Assembly (NCBI GenBank): GCA_963772205.1
Contig: CAVYXS010000258.1
Span: forward strand, 16,325-80,324
DNA from: an uncultured cyanobacterium
GTDB taxonomy: Bacteria > Cyanobacteriota > Cyanobacteriia > Cyanobacteriales > Nostocaceae
Length of the DNA: 64,000 nucleotides
Reading direction: 5' to 3'
Of this stretch, positions 51,729-62,494 are shown one piece after another. Every line of letters begins with the position of its first letter. The stretch's first letter is position 1. Under the pieces are notes generated by a model, which was not told the DNA's origin, did no database searches, and saw only the letters and a list, made by a program, of their open reading frames with translations. Both the position numbers and the translations under genes were made by a program.

Positions 51729-51750
51729 AATCAAAAAGCGAGAAAGTTCC

Positions 51751-51966
51751 ATGCGTACAAATGCATCTATTGTTGACGACCAGGGTCTAATGAACAACTT
51801 TGCGATCGAGCCAAAGGTGTATATAGATGAGGAAGGCGATCGCACTGGGTTTACTCCCTATGCAGAACTCCTCAATGGTCGTTTAGCAATGATTGGTTTT
51901 ATTTCGTTAATTGCATTAGAAGTTGTTACAGGACATGGTATATTTGGGCTTTTGGCAAGTTTGTAA
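51751..51966 (+). CDS. hli: high-light-inducible protein (HLIP/Scp, one-helix CAB family)
   Basis: Chlorophyll-binding motif [24 protein letters not shown]. 71 aa. Confidence 0.9.
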   Translation: MRTNASIVDDQGLMNNFAIEPKVYIDEEGDRTGFTPYAELLNGRLAMIGFISLIALEVVTGHGIFGLLASL

Positions 51967-52142
51967 CAATTACTTTCAATTTTAATAACGCAATTTTTAA
52001 TAAATGTGGAGACGAGATATATATCTCGTCTTTTTAAATTTATGGATAATTGTGTTAACTATCAACGACCCCATGAAGTGATGATGCAATGAATATATGT
52101 TTTAGCTTATAATTCACTGAAATAGTTCTAACCACAGGGCTT

Positions 52143-52736
52143 GTGAGGGCGATCGCCATGACCACACTGACCAAAAGACTGACCCTGGAAGAATATCTAA
52201 CTTATGACGATGGCACCGATACCAAATATGAGTTAGTCGATGGGGAGTTAGTCAAAATGCCACCAGAAACAAATAGGAATAACTTAATTGCCCTCTATCT
52301 GCTGTCAGAATTTCTCAAGCTAGTACCTTTATACCTCATCTGTCATAAAGATACAGAAATTGTGGTGACAGGCAATCGCACTCGTGTCCGCCTGCCAGAT
52401 TTGATGATATTAACTGAGGAGTTATTCGCCGCAATTGGTGGCAGACGTGCTACAATTACTCAGGATATGCCATCTCCCGCACTGGTGGTAGAGGTTGTCT
52501 CTCCTGGCAAAGTTAACGAAGATCGGGACTACCGCTACAAACGTTCAGAGTACGCCGCACGGGGAATACCCGAATACTGGATTGTTGATCCTGGTAAAGA
52601 GAAAATCACAGTGCTGACACTGGTAGATGGATTATACGAAGAAGCTGTGTTTCAAGGTAGCGATGATATCGCCTCAGCCACTTTTCCTAATTTGAAACTA
52701 ACTGCAGCGCAAGTCTTGGGAATAGAAAAAGAATAA
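52143..52736 (+). CDS. Uma2 family endonuclease (DUF820)
   Basis: EYLTYDDGTDTKYELVDGELVKMPPETNRNN…DLMILTEE…PALVVEVVSPG…YAARGIPEYWIVDP matches the Uma2/DUF820 PD-(D/E)xK pattern. Confidence 0.8.
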   Translation: MRAIAMTTLTKRLTLEEYLTYDDGTDTKYELVDGELVKMPPETNRNNLIALYLLSEFLKLVPLYLICHKDTEIVVTGNRTRVRLPDLMILTEELFAAIGGRRATITQDMPSPALVVEVVSPGKVNEDRDYRYKRSEYAARGIPEYWIVDPGKEKITVLTLVDGLYEEAVFQGSDDIASATFPNLKLTAAQVLGIEKE

Positions 52737-53085
52737 TTCAACTATAGCGTCGGTTAAGTCCAATAGACTCGTAAGGGCACGGCAGTGCCGTGCCCCTACA
52801 CGCGACGATATAATTTTGTAAGGCATCCAACTGAGAACCGCTATAATTACTAAGATCAAACCCGTGAACTAATCGAACTCATCGCCGAACTAACTGCAGC
52901 GCAAGTCAGTTAATGGAACCAACAATAGAACAATTAAAAGCCTTTTACGAACTATGCGTCAGAGTAAGTAATCTACTACAAACAATTGAGTTAACTAGGT
53001 ACGATACGCGCTCAAAAAGAATAGTGGTACTTATAGGTCAAACGATTCAAGTTGAAATTTTAAGTAACGGAGAGGAAATAATACA

Positions 53086-53277
53086 ATGAGTGATTTAACC
53101 TATCAACAATTAACTGAATCACAATTGAGGGATTATGTCAAGCGTCATCCTCAAGATGAAGAAGCTTTTCAACACTACCTCACGATTATGAGAGCAAAAC
53201 CTAATAGGGTAGTGGTTAGTACGGGTGAACAGTTAGAGACTGAATTAAAAAAGAGAATAACCAACCCACTCCCCTAA
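53086..53277 (+). CDS. small hypothetical protein between the two Uma2 genes
   Basis: 63-aa ORF with a reasonable RBS-like GGAGAGG upstream. No recognisable family. Confidence 0.3.
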   Translation: MSDLTYQQLTESQLRDYVKRHPQDEEAFQHYLTIMRAKPNRVVVSTGEQLETELKKRITNPLP

Positions 53278-53289
53278 CCCTATCCATAC

Positions 53290-53868
53290 CTAATCCCAAA
53301 CAATTTGTAAATCTAAAATAAAACCAGGTAATACCTCTTCCCCCGATAGGCTAGAAGGGGAATTTAAAACTTCTTTTGCTTGTCCTTGTCGATAAATTTC
53401 CACACGACGTGTTTTTCTATCGAATAGCCAACCTAACTTTACTCCTGCAAGCATATATTCTTGCATTTTTGCTTGGGTTTCGCTCAAGCTATCCGATGGG
53501 GACATTAATTCTAAAACAAAATCGGGAGCAATGGGAGGAAATTTTTCCCGTTGTTCGGGTGTAAGTACATTCCATCTGGTATATTGTATCCAGGAGACAT
53601 CTGGTGAGCGCTCTGAACCGCTAGGGAGTTTAAAGCAAGTGGAAGAGTCGAAAACTTCACCCAGTTGTGTTTGTTCGTTCCACAGGACAAATCGCGCCGT
53701 TAATTTAGCATTCCGTTTTCCCGTTTCTCCCCCTGTTGGTGGCATTACTATCAATTCTCCCTTCGTGTTACGCTCAAATGTAACTTCAGGATTATCCCGA
53801 CACAGTTGGTAAAATTGGTCATCACTGAGCTGGACGATATTATTAAAGTTGATGGTAATTGCGGTCAT
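53290..53868 (-). CDS. Uma2 family endonuclease (DUF820), second copy
   Basis: QFYQLCRDNPEVTFERNTKGELIVMPPTGGETGKRN…PDFVLELMSPSD…YMLAGVKLGWLFD. Confidence 0.8.
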   Translation of the reverse strand: MTAITINFNNIVQLSDDQFYQLCRDNPEVTFERNTKGELIVMPPTGGETGKRNAKLTARFVLWNEQTQLGEVFDSSTCFKLPSGSERSPDVSWIQYTRWNVLTPEQREKFPPIAPDFVLELMSPSDSLSETQAKMQEYMLAGVKLGWLFDRKTRRVEIYRQGQAKEVLNSPSSLSGEEVLPGFILDLQIVWD

Positions 53869-53906
53869 AGCCAGAGTAAATATAAGGATAAATTTGAAAA
53901 GACATC

Positions 53907-55298
53907 CTAACCCCTAGCCCCTAGCCCCTTATTTCTGGAAAGACATTTCTCCAAAAACCGCTGGGGAAGTTCTACACTTTCGCCCCAATGCAAATGAACA
54001 TAAGAAGCGTGAAGATTAAGACTTTCTCCCCATCCCTCAAACCCCATATTTTCCTCAGAATCGTAGCGCGTAGTTGTAAATAGGGGCTGATTAGAAGTTA
54101 ATCCTAAACCGGAACGGTGAAACTCATGTCCATAAACGGCTGAACCAGAGGATACTAATAGGCTATCATGCATCGCGACAGCGCGACGATAGCCCAAAGT
54201 TAAACGCCCACCCATCACAGCAGATGTTGGTAACACTCCCACCATCGGCCAAGGCTTACCTTCAAAATCCACTATTTGCTCACATAAATACATTAAGCCG
54301 CCACACTCAGCAATAGTGGGCATTCCCGCCAAAATCGCTGCTTTGACTGTATCACGCACAGTTATATTTTCAGCCAATTGCTGGGCAAAAACTTCCGGGA
54401 AACCACCGCCGAAATACATTCCCTGTACACCTTCTGGTAATCCCGCATCTTCCAAAGGACTCCAGAACACCAATTGGGCGCCCAAATCTTGGAGTAAATC
54501 TAAATTGTCTTGGTAGTAGAAATTAAAAGCGCGATCGCGGGCGACTGCTATTTTGACAGAAGAGGTGGGGAGGTGGGGAGGTGGGGAGGTAGGGAGATGT
54601 TCGGATTTTAATAGGGGTAATAAGCGTTCCCAGTGGAAGCAGGTGTCACCTAAATCAGCGAGACGATTGATGACAGCGTTTAATTCTGGAAGTTCGGTGG
54701 TGGGGACTAAACCCAAATGGCGATCAGGAATTGTGATGTTATCCTGACGTTTTAAAACACCGAGAATTGGTAAATTTAGTGGTTCTAGAGAATCTTGGAG
54801 TAAGGATAAATGGCGATCGCTACCCACGCGATTTAATACCACCCCAGCTATTTTAATTTTCGGATCAAAGGAGCAGTAACCGTGTGCGATCGCCGCTACT
54901 GAACCAGACAAGCGACTGCAATCAATCACCAATATTACAGGCAAATCTAGCAACCGCGCTATATGAGCAGTACTCGCAAAAGAGATGGGGGAAAAGTTGT
55001 CCCCCCCTTTCCCCTTAACTCCATCAAACAACCCCATCACCCCTTCAACGAGTGCAAATTCACTCAATTGACTATGACGTGCAAAACATTGCTGAACGTA
55101 AGCTTGGGAAGTTAACACTGGGTCTAAATTCCGACAAGCACGACCAGTAACGTGCTGATGGAACATCGGGTCAATATAGTCAGGGCCAACCTTAAAAGAT
55201 TGTACAGTTAAACCGCGACGACATAAAGATGCTAAAAGGGTGAGTGTGACAGTTGTCTTCCCTACCCCACTACGTTCTCCAGCAATGATGATAGACAT
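53907..55298 (-). CDS. cbiA: cobyrinate a,c-diamide synthase
   Basis: MSIIIAGERSGVGKTTVTLTLLASLCRRGLTVQSFKVGPDYIDP plus a C-terminal glutamine amidotransferase domain. Contains an in-frame PPPHLPTS duplication (54560-54610). Confidence 0.9.
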   Translation of the reverse strand: MSIIIAGERSGVGKTTVTLTLLASLCRRGLTVQSFKVGPDYIDPMFHQHVTGRACRNLDPVLTSQAYVQQCFARHSQLSEFALVEGVMGLFDGVKGKGGDNFSPISFASTAHIARLLDLPVILVIDCSRLSGSVAAIAHGYCSFDPKIKIAGVVLNRVGSDRHLSLLQDSLEPLNLPILGVLKRQDNITIPDRHLGLVPTTELPELNAVINRLADLGDTCFHWERLLPLLKSEHLPTSPPPHLPTSSVKIAVARDRAFNFYYQDNLDLLQDLGAQLVFWSPLEDAGLPEGVQGMYFGGGFPEVFAQQLAENITVRDTVKAAILAGMPTIAECGGLMYLCEQIVDFEGKPWPMVGVLPTSAVMGGRLTLGYRRAVAMHDSLLVSSGSAVYGHEFHRSGLGLTSNQPLFTTTRYDSEENMGFEGWGESLNLHASYVHLHWGESVELPQRFLEKCLSRNKGLGARG

Positions 55299-55344
55299 AG
55301 AAAATTTGTAATTACTTACACTAAGTAATTGCTTGCTATATTGA

Positions 55345-55773
55345 CTATAAACGCCAATTATCTAATATAAGAGGATAACCTAAACCCTGAATTCTTTGAT
55401 AATGAGATAAATTACCAGTTACTAAAGTTAGATTATGACTAATAGCGATCGCCGCAATCATACAATCAGGATAACCAATTCTTTTTCCTGTTAATTCTAA
55501 ATCAGCGTATATTTTCCCCGCTAATACAGATTCAGTCAACTCCAAGCTTAATATCTCTTGTGAAGTTAATATATTTAAGAATTGTTCAAGACGTTCTTCT
55601 TGTTTACGTTTTCTCCAACCTTCGACAATTTCCATTACAGTAATCACGGAAATTGTGTATCTCTCAAATTGGTTTATATAAATATGAGCTTTGGCAACAA
55701 TCTGAGGATTTGCTCGTTTAATAATTTCTGAGAGAATATCGGTATCAAGTAGCGATTTCTCTACTTTATTCAT
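55345..55773 (-). CDS. vapC: type II toxin VapC (PIN domain)
   Basis: LLDTDILSEIIK… PIN-domain acidic residues. 8-nt overlap with the upstream antitoxin gene. Confidence 0.8.
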   Translation of the reverse strand: MNKVEKSLLDTDILSEIIKRANPQIVAKAHIYINQFERYTISVITVMEIVEGWRKRKQEERLEQFLNILTSQEILSLELTESVLAGKIYADLELTGKRIGYPDCMIAAIAISHNLTLVTGNLSHYQRIQGLGYPLILDNWRL

Positions 55774-55999
55774 TTGCTACATTATATCCTCTTTTTTCCA
55801 TTGCCTCAGCTAAAATTTCATCAACAACTTCTGGAATATCAGCATATAATCCCATCAAAGGGTCGTTTTTATCCTGAATTTCTGCTAAACGCGCCATTAC
55901 TTGAGTAAGCAATTCTGATACAGTTGATTGATTAAGCATTGCCAAGGTTTTTACTCGTTCCAAGGTTCGTCTATCTATTTCCAGTTCTATCTTTTCCAT
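55766..55999 (-). CDS. vapB: type II antitoxin (VapB-like)
   Basis: 77-aa ORF overlapping vapC start by 8 nt, typical TA operon architecture. Confidence 0.65.
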   Translation of the reverse strand: MEKIELEIDRRTLERVKTLAMLNQSTVSELLTQVMARLAEIQDKNDPLMGLYADIPEVVDEILAEAMEKRGYNVANE

Positions 56000-56169
56000 T
56001 TCATCTCCATTTGATATACTAAGTAATAACTGATTGTATAATCTAACATATTGTTTTGTTTATTTCATAATAATTGGTTTTGTCTCATTTGTGAGATTTG
56101 TATTGCTTCCCATTCAAATGAAGTACAAAATCATATCACGCTGTGTAGGGGCACGGCACTGCCGTGCCC

Positions 56170-56338
56170 TTACCGATGTACCTCACGCTTGTCGATAAAT
56201 GCTATAGCATGAGTTGTATTAACTTGAACACGATAGAGAATGTATCCAATTTCGTCAATAACATCTTCAGGAAATTCTAATAATTCTTCTTTGGTGTAGT
56301 TTACCCAAATAACTGTTTTAACTGGATCATTAGTCATA
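56170..56338 (-). pseudogene. Gp49-like/RelE-ParE-superfamily toxin N-terminal fragment, truncated by MITE insertion
   Basis: Minus-strand translation MTNDPVKTVIWVNYTKEELLEFPEDVIDEIGYILYRVQVNTTHAIAFIDKREVHR* (56 aa) resembles the first half of phage Gp49/DUF891 toxins. It ends inside the GGGCACGGCACTGCCGTGCCC MITE core. Confidence 0.45.
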
Positions 56339-56407
56339 AATGTAGGTAATAAACAATTAAGAGTTAGGAATTAAAACTCCTAACTCCTAACTTTTAACTT
56401 ATCACTC

Positions 56408-57780
56408 TTAACTCTTAACTCCTAATTTGAGAATCTTCCCTGTAACACCCAAACTTTCTTCAAAAAGCGCCTCATGTCCCCAGCGTTGTACCTGCTGACT
56501 CAGCAGCACTTCCGCCTTTTGTTCAGAAAGTGAACTCACTTGTTGAAACAAACCTGCAGATTGGGCGCCACCGTGTGTTTCCATCCGCATACAGCCACCA
56601 GTTTCCGTACAGATGACAATACCGCAGTCTGCTTGAGGATTGGTGGAACTTAAACGAAAAGCAATCAAGTCGCCGCTAACTTCACCCACATCAGCAACTG
56701 GAACGCCTGCTAACTCGGCTTCTATTTGCCGTTGGTCATTTGCCAGCAAGCGGATGCGGGTGATATCATAATCTCCGCTTTCTTTGGCATAGGAAACCGG
56801 CAGCCATTGTAACCGACTTGCTAGCCAACCTAAAAATAGCAAAGCCTGTGCAGGGTTGCCTTTTTCATAATCTATCGTTACGCGGTCAATTTCTCGAAGA
56901 GCTGCGCGACGATGGGGGGAATCGTAGGCTTGAGCAGTCAATTCTTGCCATGCGGCTAGGCGACGCCAGTTCAAATCAGCTAGGGGTATACCAGTTTGCA
57001 CCAACTCTTCTAAGCTGAGTAAATCGGTTTCTGGCTCGTTAAAGTTGCAAGAATCTACAATCACATTATTACAAACCGCAGCCAGTCGCTTGAATACTGC
57101 GTTATTGGGATCTGGTGTCGCCTTCCACCAGAGAAACTTGGGCAACCCACCAATTAACAAAGCCGGAATCATCCCACCAATTCGTTCTAAGGCAGCAGCT
57201 GTGCCCGAAAGAGTGATATATTCGCAGCAAATGAGGGTGCTAGAAGATTGCTTTTGAATGGGGCAATAGGCAGAAACTTGAGCTTTCACCCCTTCATCTT
57301 CACCAGCAATGGGACACAGGGCAATAATCCGGCACGGGTTGCGGATAGCAATTTCATCGGCAATCCTGGGGCTACTGGCATCACCATAAGTAATATTACC
57401 AGAACCATTGTCTCCCGCTCCACCGCCTTGACGTTTCGCGAATTTTTCCCGCAATATTGCCAAGGTTTCTGGCGTAGCAATGCCAGTTTCTGGTAGTCCA
57501 TTTTGTCGCTGAACTTCCCGCAGCGCTGCTTCCGTTTGGGGCCTAAAATCCCATCAATCGGGCCGTGATAAAACCCCAGAGCAGCTAAAAGATACTGGGT
57601 TTCTTCTGGTTCGTAAACCACTAAAGTAAAAGTTGTGGCACGAGTCGCAGCGGGAAGCCCACCGTCTTCACCAGTAATGCCGTAACTTTGCCAAATTTGA
57701 TTCAGTTCCGCCTCTATGTCTGAAAGCGAAACATCCTTGGGTGCCTGAAGTCGAAAAATTGTGGGAGCTTGGGAAGTCAT
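56408..57780 (-). pseudogene. opcA: glucose-6-phosphate dehydrogenase assembly protein OpcA, -1 frameshift at a homopolymer near 57538-57541
   Basis: N-terminal 75 aa (MTSQAPTIFRLQAPKDVSLSDIEAELNQIWQSY…FYHGPIDGILGP) in one frame; the remainder (…AILREKFAKRQGGGAGDNG…) in another. Restoring one C in CCCC (coding strand) gives a continuous OpcA. Confidence 0.8.
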
Positions 57781-57786
57781 AATAGT

Positions 57787-57856
57787 TGTCAGTTGTTATT
57801 TGTCAGTTGTCATTGGTCATTGGTCATTGATTTTGACTAATGACTAATGACTAAAT
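57787..57856. repeat. STRR2-like heptamer array (CATTGGT)n … (TGACTAA)n, inverted
   Basis: TTGTCAGTTGTCATTGGTCATTGGTCATTGATTTTGACTAATGACTAATGACTAAA between opcA and zwf. Confidence 0.8.
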
Positions 57857-57857
57857 T

Positions 57858-59386
57858 CTAGAGTCTGCGCCAGCGGCGATTATCTTGATTAATTAAGAAT
57901 TCCGCTTCGGCTGGTTCCCAAGTACCGGCTTCGTACTGGGGAATAGTGTTTGGATCTGCGGGTGCATCCCAAACAGAAAGGGCTGGTGTCACAACCTGCC
58001 AAGCTGCTTCTACTTCGTCGGCGCGGGTGAATAATGTCTGGTCGCCCATCATACAATCGAGGAATAGGCGATCGTAAGCATCAGATGTGGCTTGGATGCC
58101 AAAGGAACCATAACTAAAGTCCATGTCAACGGAACGGGTGCGGAATTCTGCCCCTGGCATTTTTACGTCAAAACGCAGGGAAATTCCTTCGTTCGGTTGA
58201 ATTCGCATTGCTAAAATGTTGGCATTTGTCTGTTGGGCTGCAGACTTGAACATCCGTGATGGCACTTCCCGGAAGTGGATGGAAATTTCGCTGACTTTTT
58301 TCGGCATCCGCTTACCAGTACGCAGGTAAAAAGGAACACCCTGCCAACGCCAGTTATCCACCATAAATTTCATGGCTACATAGGTGGGTGTGGTCGAATT
58401 CGGATTAACTCCGGGTTCTTTTCTATACCCTTCTACAGCTTGCCCTTTCATCCAGCCAGCGCTGTATTGACCGCGCACGGCTGAACGTGACAAATTATGT
58501 ACGTCTGCTAAACGTGTAGCTTGTAGCGCCTTTACTTTTTCCGTGCGGATACTATCAGCATCCATTGAATTGGGTGCTTCCATCGCGGTTAAGCAGTAAA
58601 GTTGCATCAAGTGGTTTTGCAACATATCCCGCAGGCGCCTGCACTTTCATAATATCCGGCGCGGTCTTCCACTCCCACAGTTTCTGCCACAGTAATTTGT
58701 ACGTGGTCAACAAACTGGCGATTCCACAAGGGTTCAAAAATCGCATTGGCAAAGCGAAACACCAGCAAATTCTGGACTGTTTCTTTACCCAAGTAGTGGT
58801 CAATGCGGTATACTTGATTTTCTTTGCAGAATTTCTGTACCACTTGGTTTAGGCTTTGGGCTGAAGCCAAGTCCCGACCAAAGGGTTTTTCAATTACCAG
58901 ACGATGTTTGTAGGGATCTTCTAACATCCCCCCTGAACCTAGTTGTCTAATGGCTTCAGGAAAGAAGTTTGGCGCAACGGAGAGGTAAAACATGCGGTTT
59001 CCCCGTGTACCCCGTTTTTCGTCTAATTCACTCAATAAAGTTTTGAGTTTTTGGTAGCTTTCAGGGTTGTCTATGTCCCCTGGAGAGTAGAACAGACCTT
59101 GAGAAAAGTCTTGCCAGAGTTCCCCAAGTTCGACATTGGGATGAGCCTCTTCCATCCCCTTCTGCATTTGTTCGCGGAAGTATTCGTGGCTCCACGCCCG
59201 ACGTGCGACACCAACAATCGTGGTTTCTGGGGGAATGCGTCGTTCCCGTCGTAATTTGTAAAGCGCTGGCACTAGTTTACGCCAGGTAAGGTCACCGGAG
59301 GCGCCAAAGATGACTATAATTTGGGGTTCGGGCATCCCTTGTTGTTGCAGTCCAACGCGCAAAGGATTTTCTAGCAGACTGACCAT
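57858..59386 (-). pseudogene. zwf: glucose-6-phosphate 1-dehydrogenase, -1 frameshift at a homopolymer near 58630
   Basis: N-terminal half (…[12 protein letters not shown]…RIDHYLGKE…[10 protein letters not shown]) ends CGICCKTT*. C-terminal half starts [18 protein letters not shown] in another frame. Inserting one C restores …[15 protein letters not shown]…. Confidence 0.8.
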
Positions 59387-59487
59387 AGGAATTTTAGATT
59401 TTAGATTGTGGATTTTGGATTAGGGTATGGGGCATGGGGCAATAGGGCATGGGTAAAAATCAGTACACAGTCCCTAGTCCCCAGTCT

Positions 59488-60633
59488 CTATGCTGGTGAC
59501 AATTTCTTGACCTTACCTTCCAAAGAGTTCATCAAGGATTGGTAGGGTTTGATAAACTTGTCAATGCCTTCAATTAGCAGTTCGTCCATGACTGCATGAA
59601 TATCGATGTTGATGTCGGGATCTTTCAGGCTTTCGATCAGCTGGTAAGCTTCTGGAATGCCTGTTTCCAAGCGATTGGCGACATCGCAGTGATCAGCGCA
59701 CGCTGCAATGGTCTCCGGTGGGAGGGTGTTCACCGTATCAGTCCCAATCAACTCATTGACATACATCACGTCGCTGTAGCTGGGGTCTTTGGTGCTGGTG
59801 CTGGCCCAAAGTAGACGCTGGACTTTTGCCCCTTTTGCTGCTAATGCTTCCCAGCGATCGCTTTGGATGATCTTTTTGTATTCCTGATAAGCGACTTTGG
59901 CATTAGCGATCGCTATTTTGCCGCGAATCAAGTGCAGCTTTGGTGCTTGGACAATATCATCAACACCTTTCTTCAACTTAGCATCAATCCTGGCGTCAAT
60001 GTTTTTATCAATCCGGCTGAGGAAAAAGCTAGCTACTGAAGCTATTTTGCTAATATCCTTACCTGATGCTGCTCGTTTTTCTAAGCCGCGAATATATGCC
60101 CAAGCTGAATTAATATAGCTGGTCACAGAAAACAGCAGTGTGATATTGACATTGATGCCATTGGCTATTGATTGTTCTACGGCGGGTAAACCAGCCTCTG
60201 TGCCGGGAATTTTAATCATGACATTTTCCCGACCAATCTCTTGAAAATAGCGCTGCGCTTCGGCAATTGTGGCTTGAGTATCATGGGCGATGGTGGGTGG
60301 TACTTCTAGGCTCACATAACCATCTAGTCTATTCGTGGCTTCATATACAGGGCGCAGAATATCACAAGCATTGCGGATATCTGCAAAAGCTAGAGATTCA
60401 TAAATTTTGTATGTCGGTAATCCAGCGCCAATTCCGGCTTCAATATCGGCATCATAAATGACATTTCCAGCAATTGCTTTTTCAAAGATAGCTGGGTTGG
60501 AGGTAATCCCAGAGATTCCCTGATTTTCAACCAGGTTTTTGAGTTCGCCTGATTGAATAATGTCACGGCTCAAATTATCTATCCAGATACTTTGACCGTA
60601 TTGTTTTATTTCTAATAGGTGATTAGTTGCCAT
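59488..60633 (-). CDS. tal: transaldolase (long cyanobacterial type)
   Basis: MATNHLLEIKQYGQSIWIDNLSRDII…ITSNPAIFEKAIAG… matches the transaldolase family. Upstream of zwf, as in the fbp-tal-zwf-opcA operon. Confidence 0.9.
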   Translation of the reverse strand: MATNHLLEIKQYGQSIWIDNLSRDIIQSGELKNLVENQGISGITSNPAIFEKAIAGNVIYDADIEAGIGAGLPTYKIYESLAFADIRNACDILRPVYEATNRLDGYVSLEVPPTIAHDTQATIAEAQRYFQEIGRENVMIKIPGTEAGLPAVEQSIANGINVNITLLFSVTSYINSAWAYIRGLEKRAASGKDISKIASVASFFLSRIDKNIDARIDAKLKKGVDDIVQAPKLHLIRGKIAIANAKVAYQEYKKIIQSDRWEALAAKGAKVQRLLWASTSTKDPSYSDVMYVNELIGTDTVNTLPPETIAACADHCDVANRLETGIPEAYQLIESLKDPDINIDIHAVMDELLIEGIDKFIKPYQSLMNSLEGKVKKLSPA

Positions 60634-60952
60634 AGGGGTAATTGTCCTCCTGCTATTTAGCTGTTCAATTTGATTTTGGCAAGGCTAATCAATGGATTTG
60701 GATTTGTGATTTTTGGCTTTGCCAATACTGTGTATTTTGGCTTGACCAATCACCTATCTCATCGACCTACTGAGATACTTTATAATTTACAAACAGATCA
60801 CCAAGATAGACTTTTGCTTACTCGGTGATATTAGATGCATCCTCAAAACTTTGGTCACTCACTTGCTTTGCTATTCAAGATTCAGCTGGCAGCATTCAAA
60901 CAATCAAAAACATTGAGCAATTATACTGCCATCATTGGGAATTTTGCATTGC

Positions 60953-62002
60953 CTAGTGACCGTTGTGTGTAAAAGACTCCACCTTGGCTACATCCTCTTT
61001 GCTACCAATAATCAGAGGCGTACGCTGGTGCAATTTTTTCGGCACTACGTCTAATATATCTACAAGTCCTGTAGTAGCTCGACCCCCTGCTTGTTCAATC
61101 AAAAAGGCTAGGGGAGCAGTTTCATACAGCAGGCGCAATTTTCCTTCTGGTTTTTGAATTGTGCCTGGGTAGAGAAATACACCACCTTGAACTAAAATTC
61201 TATGGATATCGCTGACCATTGCGCCGCTATAACGAGCGACATAACCTTCTGTACGATGGACGTAGCGGATGTATTCCCGATAGGATTCTTCCCACTGCCA
61301 AAAATTACCCTCGTTGACGCTATACACAGAACCGTGGGTAGGAATCTGGATATTTTCTTCTGTGAGGATGAATTCCCCTAAGCTGGGATCAAGGACAAAC
61401 GAATGGACTCCCTTGCCTATAGTATAGACCAGCATTGTGCTTGGGCCATATAGAATGTATCCGGCAGCAAGTTGCTTGCGTCCATTGGTAAGCAGATCAG
61501 TTGCTTTTCCATCACTATCGTTTCCTTCTTGTTGGCGAATGGAGAAGATGGAACCCAAACTGAGATTAGTGTCGGTGTTGGATGAGCCGTCAATGGGGTC
61601 ATACAATAAGGTGTAGCGCCCAATGGGACAATTTTCGGGTATATAGTAGGGTTTTTCCATTTCCTCGGAAGCTAGGCGACAGACTAAGCCGCTTTGCTTA
61701 AACACCGAGATAAATACCTCATTGGCATAGACATCCATCTTTTTGACGGATTCTCCCTGTACATTGACTTCCCCAGTAAATCCGAGAACTCCTTCCATTA
61801 AACCAGCACGGCTGAGGCGACGAGCAATTAATTTACCTGCCAAGCCGATGCGATTCATCAGCGCACTCAGATCCTGTGCATCTGCTGAAAAACTCTGCAG
61901 TTGCTGTAAAACATGACGGGATAAGGTTGTACAATCACGATCTAGGCTGTTGTCTGTAGCGTAGTCGATAGACAAATCTATTGATTCTGGGGCTTGAGCC
62001 AT
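60953..62002 (-). CDS. fbp: fructose-1,6-bisphosphatase class 1
   Basis: …[19 protein letters not shown]…[18 protein letters not shown]…YPGT are FBPase class 1 motifs. 349 aa. Confidence 0.9.
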   Translation of the reverse strand: MAQAPESIDLSIDYATDNSLDRDCTTLSRHVLQQLQSFSADAQDLSALMNRIGLAGKLIARRLSRAGLMEGVLGFTGEVNVQGESVKKMDVYANEVFISVFKQSGLVCRLASEEMEKPYYIPENCPIGRYTLLYDPIDGSSNTDTNLSLGSIFSIRQQEGNDSDGKATDLLTNGRKQLAAGYILYGPSTMLVYTIGKGVHSFVLDPSLGEFILTEENIQIPTHGSVYSVNEGNFWQWEESYREYIRYVHRTEGYVARYSGAMVSDIHRILVQGGVFLYPGTIQKPEGKLRLLYETAPLAFLIEQAGGRATTGLVDILDVVPKKLHQRTPLIIGSKEDVAKVESFTHNGH

Positions 62003-62494
62003 TGTTGTTTTCTTCCTCGCGACTAGCTCGTGGTTTAGTTTATGCTGTTCGTGACATCTTATTTATAGTCGCTGCCTCTATCTTAGAAAGGTAATTTGCG
62101 AACTTAAATGTGATTTTAGATAAACTAAAGAAATGAATCTGTTTGTTTGCTATACCCAGTGCGATGCCTGGGTTGGGCGTAGCCATCGCCAAGCTAAAAT
62201 TATTTAATTGAGTAAATTTGCCTAATTTTACTTTTGAGTGCTATTATTGAATTGTGACTTCCCCTTCTGGATGGGGACAATCCTAAATAAATTGACAATT
62301 ACATACTATACTAGTCAAAATCTCCTTTGACATTGGGAAAACCGACTAGTTGTGACATCGGTCTGTTGAACACAACTAGTCGGGTTTGGGTTGATAAAAT
62401 TGTTTGGTTTCATAGTTAATTGTTTCTAGCAAATTTCACTGACAGATGTCTTGCCTAACTAGAAAACAATTGCTAGAATTATAATTCATTTTAA

